In this document: positions 39,770 to 52,330 of the stretch, piece after piece | Position numbering within the stretch: position 1 is the first letter of the stretch | Layout of the letters: each line of letters starts with the position of its first letter | DNA from: Microcystaceae cyanobacterium | GTDB lineage: Bacteria > Cyanobacteriota > Cyanobacteriia > Cyanobacteriales > Microcystaceae | Direction: 5' to 3' | Assembly: GCA_041746575.1 (NCBI GenBank) | Contig: JBGTGT010000098.1 | Location: 96,001-160,000 of the forward strand | Length of the DNA: 64,000 nucleotides | Notes under the pieces: generated by a model | What the model was told of the DNA's origin: nothing | The model's input: the letters and a program-made list of their open reading frames with translations, nothing else | Databases searched by the model: none | Position numbers and translations under genes: made by a program

Positions 39770-40741
39770 TTAATAAAGGCGACTTAGCGCGTAGTCAACC
39801 AAATCGGCCAATACCTGAGCCGAAGGAGAAGCCGAAAGGCAATCGAGGTGTTTAATGGCTCTTTGTCCATGAAAATTCGCTAATTCACGGGAACGCTCAA
39901 TGCCATTGCTTTGTTTAACAAAAGTCAACGCTTGTTCGAGATCCCCTGCTTCGGCAAATTCCCGCTCGATGAGAACGGATAAATAAGGCTTTTCTTCCAT
40001 CGCATAGAGGGCAGGAAGAGTAATAATACCACTAACCAAGTCAGAACCCGACGGTTTGCCCAATACTTCAGTAGGTGAGGTAAAATCGATAATATCATCG
40101 ACAATTTGGAAAGCTAATCCCAAATCTCGTCCATATTGATAGAGGGACTCTGCCACTCGCTCAGCACTATCGCTGAGAATCGCTGAAGCTTTGGCACTGT
40201 TAGCGATCAAAGAAGCGGTTTTGTAGTAGCTTTTTTCGATATAGGTGTCTAGGGTTAAACTGGTATCAAAACGGTTAATGCCTTGTAGAATTTCTCCTTC
40301 AGCGAAGTCACGAATTACCTCAGAAAGGAGTTTAACCACGGTTAGGTTATCTAGATTGGCCAAATACCAAGAAGATTGAGCAAAGAGGAAATCCCCTGCC
40401 AAGACGGCAATACGGTTATCAAATAGACTGTTCACCGTTGGCACATTTCGTCTTAGGGATGCTTCATCTACCACATCATCGTGAACGAGACTGGCAGTGT
40501 GAATCATTTCGGTAATTTCCGCCAGACGTCGGTGACGGGGCGTGATTTCATTATCTAACATCGTCGCACGAGCAACGAGAAGAACAACGGCAGGACGAAG
40601 ACGTTTACCCCCTGCTGAGAATAAATGTTCAGCAGCAGCCCCTAAAATAGGGTGTCTTGCGCTGATTAGGCGTTTTAGATTATCCGTCAAGAGACGTAAA
40701 TCTTCCTCAACTGGGGCAAAAAGGGAGGTCGTTGATATCAT
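39770..40741 (-). CDS. sds: Solanesyl diphosphate synthase
   Basis: GGKRLRP, HTASLVHDDVVD..LRR, AFQIVDD; cyanobacterial TSLFAPVE N-terminus. Confidence 0.92.
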   Translation of the reverse strand: MISTTSLFAPVEEDLRLLTDNLKRLISARHPILGAAAEHLFSAGGKRLRPAVVLLVARATMLDNEITPRHRRLAEITEMIHTASLVHDDVVDEASLRRNVPTVNSLFDNRIAVLAGDFLFAQSSWYLANLDNLTVVKLLSEVIRDFAEGEILQGINRFDTSLTLDTYIEKSYYKTASLIANSAKASAILSDSAERVAESLYQYGRDLGLAFQIVDDIIDFTSPTEVLGKPSGSDLVSGIITLPALYAMEEKPYLSVLIEREFAEAGDLEQALTFVKQSNGIERSRELANFHGQRAIKHLDCLSASPSAQVLADLVDYALSRLY

Positions 40742-40761
40742 CGGTTAGCCAGAGTTGGCAC

Positions 40762-40779
40762 GTTACGAAAGTTTACATA
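40762..40779. promoter_or_regulatory. HLR1-like (RpaB) direct repeat upstream of sds
   Basis: GTTACGAA-AG-TTTACATA, matching (G/T)TTACA(T/A)(T/A)-N2 repeat with one mismatch. Confidence 0.5.
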
Positions 40780-40948
40780 ATTTTATATATATTTTAAGCT
40801 AAGCATCCCAGACAGGGGAAGAGAAAACCCGCCAAATTAAGGAAAAAGTCTTAGAGGTTAACTTTGTACCGGAAAAATTCATAAGTAGAAAAGGGCGAAT
40901 TCTCTAATTTTATTGCTTAAAAGCTGTTCTAAAACTGAATATCTAAGT

Positions 40949-41122
40949 TTATCTTCTTTGGGTGGGTTGAGGCTTGTCTGTGAGTCCCCATTCATTCAGA
41001 ATCTTAACTAATCCGATAGACAAAATTGCTCCTAAGCTGATTCCAACAGCCAATAAAATGATAAAGAGTTTTCTGAAAGCTTTTTGATTTTCGTTGGGAT
41101 TAGGGGGCGGCGATTGATTCAT
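40949..41122 (-). CDS. 57-aa single-TM small protein (below the ORF-track cutoff)
   Basis: AGGAG RBS; MNQSPPPNPNENQKAFRKLFIILLAVGISLGAILSIGLVKILNEWGLTDKPQPTQRR. Confidence 0.7.
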   Translation of the reverse strand: MNQSPPPNPNENQKAFRKLFIILLAVGISLGAILSIGLVKILNEWGLTDKPQPTQRR

Positions 41123-41202
41123 CGTAATTGATCTCCTTGGTTTTTAAGGCAAAAACAGAACAAATTCAGCAGTTTTGAAGCAGGGTAAGGGTTTATTGTC
41201 CT

Positions 41203-42732
41203 TCACCCTAATCCTCTTTCATCGTAAGTATTAATAATTTGACTTACCACTTCTTCAAGGGTTAAATCATCCGTATTGATCACTACGGCATCCTCAGCTT
41301 GACGGAGAGGCGCAAAACGACGATGACTATCGACATAATCGCGTTGTTCAATCTCTTGGGCAAGGGTATCTAATTCTACTGCATATCCCTGCTTTTCTAG
41401 GTCTTTAGCCCTTCTTTTTGCTCTTTCTTGAACAGAAGCCGTCAAAAAGATTTTTAATTCTGCGTTGGGAAAAACCACTGTTCCCATATCTCGCCCTTCT
41501 GCCACTAATCCTCCTTTTTTACCATAAATTTGTTGATATTTCACTAACTGCTGACGTACCGCTTTTTGGGCGGCAATTTGCGAAACCTTAGCGGTGACTT
41601 CAGGACGACGGATAGACTCACTCACCTCTTGCCCATTGACTTTCAAGCCCCCTGTCTCAGGAATTAACACCAGCGTCAAGCTTTCAAGGTGATCAGCGAT
41701 CGCTATTTCATCGTCAAGGGGAATCTGATTTTCGATCACCCACCAAGTAATCCCTCGATACAACGCCCCCGTATCTAAGTATAAAAGATGCAATTTTTGA
41801 GCAATTTGACGAGTAACGGTCGATTTTCCTGCTCCTGCCGGCCCGTCAATGGCAATAATCGGTAACCGTTGCCCTAGAATTAGATTATCAATCAAACGGG
41901 TTTCGCCCACATAGGCAGCGATCGCCAATAAACCCCGATCTTCAAGGGTTTCTAAGGGAATCAACGTATCGGGATGCACTAATTCGGCATATTGTAACTG
42001 AGTATCGGGATTTTTAGCAAATTCTTGACGAACTAAGTGAAGAAGAGCATTAGCCTGTCTTTTTCCATTTAAAAAGGCTTCTTGGGCGCAAAATAAACTA
42101 CGACTCAGGGTAAGGGCTTGCTCTCTTTCCTCTTCATTAAGATACTGATTACGGGAACTATAAGCGAGTCCAGAAGGTTCTCTAACGATGGGACATCCCT
42201 GAATTTTCACAGACAGTTTTAAATCCTTAACTAAACGCCGAATAACCGCCAATTGTTGAGCATCTTTTTCGCCAAAATAAGCCACAGTGGGTTGAATCAA
42301 GGACAAAAACTGAGTAACAATCGTTGCTACCCCTGTAAAATGGCTAGGACGAAATTGACCGCATAATCCCGTCGTCATTGACAGAGGAGGAACAACAGTA
42401 GTGGTTAACCCCTCTTCAGGGGAGCAATCGGGAGTCATCCCTAACGTTTCCCGACTAGGAGCAAAGACAACATCAACACCGAGAGTTTCACATAAGTTAC
42501 AATCTTGTGTTAATTGACGAGGATATTGACTTAAATCTTCATTTTGGCTAAATTGAAGGGGATTAACAAAAATCGTGACAACCGTTGACTGATTTTCCTG
42601 AATTGATCGTTGAATGAGACTTTTATGACCTAAATGTAATGCTCCCATGGTGGGAACAAGGCCAAGAGCGTGATTAGAATCTAAGGTTTGTAAAAACGCC
42701 TGTAGTCCTGCGACTGTTTTCAATAACCGCAT
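41203..42732 (-). CDS. panC-cmk: Bifunctional pantoate--beta-alanine ligase / cytidylate kinase
   Basis: VPTMGALHLGH, FGEKDAQQ, SSRN, RLIDN followed by IAIDGPAGAGKST, DTGALYR, AEGRDMG. Confidence 0.97.
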   Translation of the reverse strand: MRLLKTVAGLQAFLQTLDSNHALGLVPTMGALHLGHKSLIQRSIQENQSTVVTIFVNPLQFSQNEDLSQYPRQLTQDCNLCETLGVDVVFAPSRETLGMTPDCSPEEGLTTTVVPPLSMTTGLCGQFRPSHFTGVATIVTQFLSLIQPTVAYFGEKDAQQLAVIRRLVKDLKLSVKIQGCPIVREPSGLAYSSRNQYLNEEEREQALTLSRSLFCAQEAFLNGKRQANALLHLVRQEFAKNPDTQLQYAELVHPDTLIPLETLEDRGLLAIAAYVGETRLIDNLILGQRLPIIAIDGPAGAGKSTVTRQIAQKLHLLYLDTGALYRGITWWVIENQIPLDDEIAIADHLESLTLVLIPETGGLKVNGQEVSESIRRPEVTAKVSQIAAQKAVRQQLVKYQQIYGKKGGLVAEGRDMGTVVFPNAELKIFLTASVQERAKRRAKDLEKQGYAVELDTLAQEIEQRDYVDSHRRFAPLRQAEDAVVINTDDLTLEEVVSQIINTYDERGLG

Positions 42733-42891
42733 CTATGTCTTAACTCAGTCTATGTCATTTTTAAGGTACCATATTCTTTCCAAAATGCCTTAACTCAATC
42801 CAAAGTGATAGCTATCACCTTAATGCGTAAGATGATTGAGCCCGTTTTTCTAGAGGCTCAACCCTTAAACAATTCTTTGAAACCATTGAAT

Positions 42892-43857
42892 TTACTTCCC
42901 TAAAACATAATAAAAAATCAACGGCGTAACAATAGTCGCATCCGATTCAATCACATAATTGGGAGTATCCACTCCTAGTTTACCCCATGTAATTTTCTCA
43001 CTGGGAACAGCACCACTGTAGGAGCCATAAGAAGTCGTAGAATCGCTAATTTGACAAAAATAACCCCAAAATTGACAATCTTCAGACAAATCTTGTGTTA
43101 TCAAAGGCACAACACAGATAGGAAAATCTCCCGCAATCCCTCCGCCAATTTGGAAGAATCCAATCGTTCCCGTTTGTGTATTTTCTTGATACCAATGGAC
43201 TAAGCGATACATTTGTTCAGTCCCACTTTTCACCGTATCTAGGCGCTGAATGTTGCCTTTGATTACGTTGGAGACAAACATATTACCTAGAGTAGAATCT
43301 TCCCATCCGGGAGTAAAAATCGGTAAATTCTTCTGCCATGCGGCGATTAACCAAGAATCTTTGGAATCTATTTGATAATTATCTTTAATTTTGCCACTTT
43401 CTAATAATTGATACATAAATTCGTGGGGAAAGTAGCGTTTATTTTTTGCTTCTGCCGCTTGCCAAAGGTCAATTAAATGACGTTCAATCACTCTCATCGC
43501 TTCCTCTTCAGGAATACAGGTATCTGTCACTCGATTTAGATGATTTTCCAGCAAAGCCTGTTCATCCGCTAGACTGAGATAACGATAATGGGGAATGCGT
43601 TTGTAGTAATTATGAGCGACGAGGTTAAAGATATCCTCTTCTAAATTCGCCCCTGTACAGCAGATAGCGTGTACTTTGTCCTGACGAATCATTTCCGCTA
43701 GAGAAACGCCCAATTCAGCCGTACTCATTGCTCCTGCAAGGGTAATTAACATCTTATTTCCGTTGGCGAGATGTTGTACCCATCCTTCCGCCGCATCGAC
43801 GCAGGTGGCGGCATTAAAATGACGAAAATGGTGTTGCATGAAGGCTTTAATACTCAT
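42892..43857 (-). CDS. Deoxyhypusine synthase-like protein (possible homospermidine synthase)
   Basis: LAGAMSTAELG, CTGANLEED, NRVTDT, GSYSGAVPSEKITWGK, SDATI. Confidence 0.88.
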   Translation of the reverse strand: MSIKAFMQHHFRHFNAATCVDAAEGWVQHLANGNKMLITLAGAMSTAELGVSLAEMIRQDKVHAICCTGANLEEDIFNLVAHNYYKRIPHYRYLSLADEQALLENHLNRVTDTCIPEEEAMRVIERHLIDLWQAAEAKNKRYFPHEFMYQLLESGKIKDNYQIDSKDSWLIAAWQKNLPIFTPGWEDSTLGNMFVSNVIKGNIQRLDTVKSGTEQMYRLVHWYQENTQTGTIGFFQIGGGIAGDFPICVVPLITQDLSEDCQFWGYFCQISDSTTSYGSYSGAVPSEKITWGKLGVDTPNYVIESDATIVTPLIFYYVLGK

Positions 43858-44011
43858 AGCTTACCCTGATGATGAGGGGGAAAAAGGACAACCTTTTATT
43901 ATACTAGCAATCTAACCTTTGCTTTTTCCACTTTTCTTATTAACGAAAAAGGGAGTATATTGATCATAAGAATCCGAATACAAGTTAGTATTAACGAAAC
44001 TAATAATAACA

Positions 44012-44738
44012 ATGAATCAAACAAGAGCAAGAAGATATATACAGCAAATTGAAGAATACCAGTCCTTTGTGTCTAATTTTCTGCCCCCATCTCCTGAAAT
44101 TGTCATGGATTCGGAAATGTGGCAACTTTTATCCCAAGCAGATCGCGCTTTAGGACGATTAGACGGTTCAACCGATGTACTTCCTAATCCTGATTTATTT
44201 GTTTTTATGTATGCGCGTAAAGAGGCGGTTTTGTCAAGTCAAATTGAAGGCACACAAGCTTCTCTGATTGATATTCGTGAATTTGAATCTCAATCATTTA
44301 TTAATTATCTTTTTACTCTGTGAACAAAAGATTTTAAAATAATTCTTATTTTATATTTCCTATTATTTTAAAAAATATCGCTCTCAATCTTATAATTATC
44401 TTCAATCTGTGCGGGATACTGGAAATTGGGAATTATGGCTAAAATTCTTCCTCAAAGGAATTTATGAAATGGTACAAGAAGCATCAAATACAGCTAGACA
44501 AATTGTGGCGATGAAAGAAACCCATTGTCAACTATTACTTAATCAAATGGGACGGCGATCAAGAAATGCGATTACTTTGCTAGAAAACCTTTATTTTCGA
44601 CCGATTATTTCGATGGCTCATGTTCAGGAAATTACTAAATTATCTTATCCTAATGCTAATACTCTAATTAGAGATTTTTGCAATTTAGAAGAAATTACAG
44701 GACAAAAACGAAATCGAGCTTTTTCTGATGCACCTTAA
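44012..44738 (+). pseudogene. Fic family protein pseudogene
   Basis: Fic_N part (ADRALGRLDG..KEAVLSSQIEGT) joined out of frame at ~44297 to LLIIFLLCEQKILK*FLFYISYYFKKYRS..VRDTGNWELWLKFFL; catalytic HPFxxGNGR absent; internal TAA at 44340. Confidence 0.85.
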
Positions 44739-44835
44739 CTTAGAAATTTTTCAAAATTAAGTTGAACATTTTTGAGAATAAACAGCAAAAACAGAAACTT
44801 ACTCAAGTATTTTATGACCATCATCTCTACTTATC

Positions 44836-46569
44836 ATGCAATCTGTTGACTATACGACGCTTATCGCCCTTTGTACCGATTTAGAAACTCAATGGCTTCC
44901 TGCTAAAGTCGAACAAATCTATCAACGAGATCCCTATACTCTTTCTATTGCTCTGCGTACCTTCAAAAAACGAGGATGGTTGACCTTATCTTGGCACCCA
45001 CAAGCGGCAAGGATTCATATCGGCAATTCTCCCCCGAAAGAACCCGATACCTTCACCTTTAGCGATCAATTGCGTCATCAACTCAAAGGATATGCCCTTA
45101 CTCAAATTAACACGATCGCACCTTGGGAACGGGTAATAGATTTACAATTTGCCCACCGTCCTGATGATCCCTCGATTTGGCATCTTTATGTCGAAATTAT
45201 GGGAAAATATAGCAATATTATCCTTACAGATGCAGATAATCAAATTATTACCCTTGCTCATCAAGTTAACGAAACTCAGTCCACTGTGCGGACGTTACAA
45301 ACCGGACAATTCTACGATTATCCTCCCAAAATGACGGGAACGTTCCCTCGTTTAACGGAGTCTCAAGAACGGTGGAAAGAACGGATTTCTTTGATTCCAG
45401 GAGCAATTCGTCGTCAATTAATGAAATGTTATAACGGATTAAGCCCTATGGTCGTTGATACTCTTTTAGATGCTGTCAATCTTGATGGGAATCAATCGAC
45501 TGAAGCGTTAACAGAAACCGACTGGCAAACTTTATTTACTTATTGGCAAAAATGGTTGAATATCTTAGAAAATAAAGATTTTAAGGCAGGATACACTGAA
45601 AAAGGTTACACTATTCTCGGATGGGGTATTATTCAACCGATTGGCGATATTCAGTCCCTAATTAATGATTATTATGGCGATCACTTAATCCGTCAAACAT
45701 TCCAACAACTGCACCATCAACTGAGTCAGAAAATTAAATCAATTCTTAAAAAATCTAAGCAAAAAGCAGACCAATTTCAAGAAAAATTAGAGCAGTCTGA
45801 TCATGCTGATTATTATCGATATCAAGCGGATTTATTAATGGCGAATCTCCATCAATGGCAACCCGGATTAACGGCTCTTTCCCTCAGCGATTTTGAAACC
45901 GAAGAAGCGATTACCCTAAAACTCGATCCTAAACTTAATGGTGTACAGAATGCCCAAGCTCTCTACAAAAAGCATCAAAAACTAAAAAGGGCAAAACTAG
46001 CGGTTAAACCCTTATTAAATGAAATTTTAACTGAAATCGACTATTTAGAACAGATTGAGGACATCTTAAATCAACTTGATAATAATGGCAGTTTAGAAGA
46101 CTTACAGGCATTAAACGAGATTAAAGAAGAATTGATCGAACAGAATTACCTGAATTTATCCCAACGCATCCCCGAAAAGAATCCCACCTCTCAACCCTAT
46201 CGCTATCATACCCCGTCCGGCTTTGAACTGTGGATCGGGCGCAACAATCGTCAAAATGATGAATTAACCTTTCGCATTGCTAAAGATTACGATTTATGGT
46301 TTCATACTCAAGAGAGTGCAGGGAGTCATGTCTTACTGCGCTTAAAACCGGGTACTGTCCCAGAAGACGAAGACCTACAATGTGCGGCAGATTGGGCAGC
46401 TTATTACAGTAGAGCCAGACAGAGCGAACAAGTTCCTATCGTCTATACTCGTCCAAAACACGTCTATAAACCCAAAGGTGCCAAGCCGGGGATGGTCGTT
46501 TACCAACAAGAGCAAGTGCTGTGGGGAAAACCGGCCAACATTATAGCGTACCGAAAAAATTTAGGTTAG
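44836..46569 (+). CDS. rqcH: Rqc2/RqcH (FbpA/NFACT) ribosome quality control protein
   Basis: LYVEIMGKYSNIIL, NAQALYKKHQKLKR, IGRNNRQND, WFH...GSHV, AAYYS, KPKGAKPGMV. Confidence 0.9.
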   Translation: MQSVDYTTLIALCTDLETQWLPAKVEQIYQRDPYTLSIALRTFKKRGWLTLSWHPQAARIHIGNSPPKEPDTFTFSDQLRHQLKGYALTQINTIAPWERVIDLQFAHRPDDPSIWHLYVEIMGKYSNIILTDADNQIITLAHQVNETQSTVRTLQTGQFYDYPPKMTGTFPRLTESQERWKERISLIPGAIRRQLMKCYNGLSPMVVDTLLDAVNLDGNQSTEALTETDWQTLFTYWQKWLNILENKDFKAGYTEKGYTILGWGIIQPIGDIQSLINDYYGDHLIRQTFQQLHHQLSQKIKSILKKSKQKADQFQEKLEQSDHADYYRYQADLLMANLHQWQPGLTALSLSDFETEEAITLKLDPKLNGVQNAQALYKKHQKLKRAKLAVKPLLNEILTEIDYLEQIEDILNQLDNNGSLEDLQALNEIKEELIEQNYLNLSQRIPEKNPTSQPYRYHTPSGFELWIGRNNRQNDELTFRIAKDYDLWFHTQESAGSHVLLRLKPGTVPEDEDLQCAADWAAYYSRARQSEQVPIVYTRPKHVYKPKGAKPGMVVYQQEQVLWGKPANIIAYRKNLG

Positions 46570-46625
46570 GGAAAAATTTTTCATAATTATTTACAAAGAG
46601 AGGTAGTCGATGTTACCATTTAGAC

Positions 46626-46744
46626 ATAAGAAATTTAAACACCCGGTGCGAATTGGGAACGTGCCAAATCAGTGTGGATTTCCTAGAAGAACAACAACAA
46701 GTCTTGAACAAGTACGGATCGGTCTGAAATAGGCTGATCTTTTT
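46626..46744 (+). ncRNA. Candidate sRNA or pyrB leader
   Basis: TTTACA-N18-TACCAT promoter with extended TG; AAC-rich single-stranded stretch; terminator stem 46717-46739 plus T5. Confidence 0.45.
46717..46744 (+). terminator. Rho-independent terminator immediately upstream of pyrB
   Basis: GATCGGTCT-gaaat-AGGCTGATC-TTTTT. Confidence 0.75.
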
Positions 46745-46767
46745 GCTTTAAGATGATTGAGGGGTGA

Positions 46768-47775
46768 TTGCTTGGGGCTGAACCGATGGATTGGACAAGA
46801 CGACATATTTTAAGCTTAAAAGACTGGCAACCACAAGAATACGAAATTGTGTTACAAACAGCCTCGAGTTTCCGTCAAGTGTTGGGGAGTCGTACCAAGA
46901 AAGTTCCGGCATTACAGGGACAAGTGGTGACAAATATGTTCTTTGAGCCTTCTACCCGTACCCGTAGCAGTTTTGAATTAGCGGCCAAGCGTCTTTCGGC
47001 AGATATTCTTAATTTTGCGCCCGGAACGTCTTCTTTGAGCAAAGGAGAAACCATTTTAGATACTGCCATCACTTATCTGTCCATGGGAACGAATATCATG
47101 GTCATTCGCCATCAACAGGCGGGTGTTCCCCAACAAGTAGCGATCGCGATGGATCAATTAGGGAGTGGGGTGAGTATTCTCAATGCTGGAGATGGACAGC
47201 ATGAACACCCTTCCCAAGCGTTATTAGACCTCTTTACCCTGTGTCGGACGTTTGATCAGGATAATCCCTCCTTGAGCTGTTTAGCCGGTAAAAAAATTGC
47301 TATTGTGGGAGATATTTTACATTCACGAGTTGCGCGTTCTAATATTTGGAGTTTAACGGCCGCTGGAGCAAACGTTCACCTTGCCGCACCGCCTACTTTA
47401 CTTCCTCTGTTATTTAAGGGAATGGTTAACCCCAATTATTCAGGAAAATTATATCTTCATTGGGAACTCGAACCGGCTTTAGAGCAAGCGGATTTTGTAA
47501 TGACCTTACGTTTGCAAAAAGAACGGATGACCGACCATCTTCTGCCCAGTTTACGGGAATATCATCAATATTTTGGTATTACTCGCCAGCGTCTTAGCTT
47601 ATGTCAACCGCACGTTAAAGTGCTTCATCCGGGGCCAGTAAATCGGGGTGTGGAAATTGCCTCAGATGTCATGGATGATCCTCATTTAAGCTTAATTCCT
47701 CAACAAGTTACCAGTGGGGTGGCGGTGCGTATGGCTTTATTGTATTTAATTGGCTTAACAAGCGTAAACGAATAA
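46768..47775 (+). CDS. pyrB: Aspartate carbamoyltransferase catalytic subunit
   Basis: [41 protein letters not shown]; start 46768 (TTG) or 46786 (ATG). Confidence 0.97.
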   Translation: MLGAEPMDWTRRHILSLKDWQPQEYEIVLQTASSFRQVLGSRTKKVPALQGQVVTNMFFEPSTRTRSSFELAAKRLSADILNFAPGTSSLSKGETILDTAITYLSMGTNIMVIRHQQAGVPQQVAIAMDQLGSGVSILNAGDGQHEHPSQALLDLFTLCRTFDQDNPSLSCLAGKKIAIVGDILHSRVARSNIWSLTAAGANVHLAAPPTLLPLLFKGMVNPNYSGKLYLHWELEPALEQADFVMTLRLQKERMTDHLLPSLREYHQYFGITRQRLSLCQPHVKVLHPGPVNRGVEIASDVMDDPHLSLIPQQVTSGVAVRMALLYLIGLTSVNE

Positions 47776-47827
47776 GGAGAGACAAAAGGCAATTCCTCAC
47801 GTGGCTAACCAGAATTCAGGTTATTCG

Positions 47828-47987
47828 ACGTAAGTTCGACCATCAGAAAATCTACGAGTCTTCTTTATTTAATTTTTTTGTGCAGGGGGTTGCTAGTCCC
47901 CCATCAAGAATTTATTTTTCTTTTCCTAATCCCAATAAACGAGAATGAACAAAAGGATTAAAATAATTGCCCTCGTCGAACTCACGT
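47828..47987. mobile_element. MITE-like element, copy 2 (inverted relative to copy 1)
   Basis: ACGTAAGTTCGAC...GTCGAACTCACGT termini; internal sequence matches the reverse complement of 17744-17908. Confidence 0.8.
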
Positions 47988-48070
47988 AATTCGGTTAAAT
48001 TTGGGTTCTTTATCACGAGACTCACGTTTATAATAGAAATAAAGAGAAGCGTATTAGAGGAGTTCCGACT

Positions 48071-48793
48071 TTGCCAACGTTAGGGGTTAATATCGACCAT
48101 ATCGCCACGATTCGCCAGGCTAGACGAACGGTAGAACCTGATCCTGTAGCCGCAGCCGTTTTAGCAGAATTAGGGGGAGCAGATGGCATTACAGCGCATT
48201 TACGAGAAGATCGCCGCCATATTCAAGATCGAGATATTCGTCTTTTGCGCCAAACCGTTCGCACCCATCTTAATCTCGAAATGGCACCCACCGATGAGAT
48301 GATTGCCATTGCCTTAACGATTAAACCCAATTATGTCACTTTTGTTCCGGAAAGACGCGAAGAAGTCACCACAGAAGGAGGAATTGACGTAATGGGGAAT
48401 TTTCGACGCTTTTGTGAGGTAGTAGAGCAACTACAAAGGGCAGATATTCCCGTCAGTTGGTTTATTGACGCAGATGCGGCGCAAATTGAGGCTTCTGCTA
48501 AGACAAAAGCTAAGTTTATTGAACTTCATACTGGAAAATACGCTGATGCATCCGACGAAACTACCCGTTTACAAGAACTGAAGCAACTCAAACAAGGATG
48601 TGAACAAGCGATTTCTGTTGGATTAAGGGTAAATGCGGGTCATGGGTTAACTTATTGGAATGTACATCCTGTGGCAGGTTTACCGGGGATGGAGGAGTTA
48701 AATATTGGTCATACTATCATTAGTCGCGCCGCTTTAGTAGGGATGGAAAGGGCTGTCAAAGAGATGAAACAGGCGATTCGAGGGATATTGTAA
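48071..48793 (+). CDS. pdxJ: Pyridoxine 5'-phosphate synthase
   Basis: [44 protein letters not shown]. Confidence 0.98.
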   Translation: MPTLGVNIDHIATIRQARRTVEPDPVAAAVLAELGGADGITAHLREDRRHIQDRDIRLLRQTVRTHLNLEMAPTDEMIAIALTIKPNYVTFVPERREEVTTEGGIDVMGNFRRFCEVVEQLQRADIPVSWFIDADAAQIEASAKTKAKFIELHTGKYADASDETTRLQELKQLKQGCEQAISVGLRVNAGHGLTYWNVHPVAGLPGMEELNIGHTIISRAALVGMERAVKEMKQAIRGIL

Positions 48794-48925
48794 GCTGAAA
48801 TTTGAATTTCTATCATCTAGATTTTAAGTCAGTAGAAATTCAGCTTTATGATAAGCTTTAAATCTTGAGCAGTTATCAATCATTGCCTTGAATAGGAGCA
48901 TAACCGCAGTTATACCCCCTAAACC

Positions 48926-50929
<2,004 letters not shown>

Positions 50930-51133
50930 TTAAAGACTGCTTAGCGTAGGGCTAGTAAGGAAAATTTTTGGGGGATACAGCGTCAGTGACCCGTTAACTG
51001 GAATCCGTTGTCAGTAAACCGTCATTTTAACGCCTAAATCCGACCCCTATTTTTAAGTCTAGGAAGATCCACTTCTTAAAACGTTTAACTTTCCGAAAAG
51101 CAGTTGTCCATTTTTTCAGCGATCTTTGCCATT

Positions 51134-52231
51134 TTATTCAGGAATTTCGGCTATCGTTTCTAATTTTTCTGAGGAAACTTCCTTTTCTGTTTCTAGCGTT
51201 GTGCTGTAGCGTAAATCATCAACAATTTGCTTAATCACACTGGCAATGGGAACGGCTAAAAATAATCCTAGAATACCTCCTAGTTTACCGCCGATAAACA
51301 AAGAAATCAAGATCCAAATCGGGTTTAAGCCAATCAATTCACCCATTAAACGAGGGGCAATGACATTGTCAGTCACTTGGTCAATAATTAAAGCAGAAAG
51401 GAAGAATTTAATGCCTTGATCTACGCTATTAAAACTGAGTAAAACAGAGCCAATAATGATAATGACAGCCGCTAAAAAAGGAACTAAACTGGCGATGCCA
51501 ATGCCAAAAGCAAATAGCAAAGAATAAGGAATTCCGAAAATTACAAAAATTACTGCACGAAAGCCGCTAGCAATTAAAGCAAGTATAGCGCGACTAAAAA
51601 AATAGTCTTTAAACCGTTGATAAATATAAAAACGAACCCTTGCATTCCAAGGAGAAGGTAACCAACTAAAAAGTCCATCCCAAAAAGATTCCCCACCCGC
51701 TAATAAAAAAATGGTAAAAATAAAGATTACTAACACATTAACTAAACTTGTAATTGTGCCGAAGGCAATATTTAAAGCTTGACCCCCTAGTGACTCTATA
51801 CTCGCCGCTAATTTTTTGGTGGCTTCTGCTATTAGCGTATTAATATTAAGGGAGAATTTTTGAGCAAACGGTGTTGCTTGTAAGCTTTTGAGTTGCTGAC
51901 TCGCTTGGCGAACCCAAGTAGGAGCATTTTGAATCAATTCGCTTAATTGATCAATCATGGTGGGGATGATAACGAGTCCTAACACTACCCCCAAAATCAC
52001 GGCACTGAATAAGACTGTCGCGATCGCCAAACTTCGTCGAATGCCCCATTGTTCAAGAACCTTGATTAATAATTCCAGAAAAAAAGCCAGTAGGGTCGCA
52101 ATAATTAGAAAACTAATGAGCGGTTGGCAATATTCAAGAAACACAACGAATAGCCAACCATTAAGACAGAAGAGAGGAAAGACTAGGGATAATTTTAACC
52201 ATTTAGGAAGCTGATACAGCAGATCTATCAT
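51134..52231 (-). CDS. AI-2E family transporter
   Basis: Multi-TM; DQVTDNVIAPRLMG..IGLNP, GILGLFLAVP. Confidence 0.88.
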   Translation of the reverse strand: MIDLLYQLPKWLKLSLVFPLFCLNGWLFVVFLEYCQPLISFLIIATLLAFFLELLIKVLEQWGIRRSLAIATVLFSAVILGVVLGLVIIPTMIDQLSELIQNAPTWVRQASQQLKSLQATPFAQKFSLNINTLIAEATKKLAASIESLGGQALNIAFGTITSLVNVLVIFIFTIFLLAGGESFWDGLFSWLPSPWNARVRFYIYQRFKDYFFSRAILALIASGFRAVIFVIFGIPYSLLFAFGIGIASLVPFLAAVIIIIGSVLLSFNSVDQGIKFFLSALIIDQVTDNVIAPRLMGELIGLNPIWILISLFIGGKLGGILGLFLAVPIASVIKQIVDDLRYSTTLETEKEVSSEKLETIAEIPE

Positions 52232-52330
52232 CGTTCTGTTGCCAAAAAAAGAAGAGGGATAGTTAAGCAGATGCTACTTAAGTTATCATCTCTTCTCGAT
52301 GTTTAAGGTCAATTTATCGAATTTTTCAGT

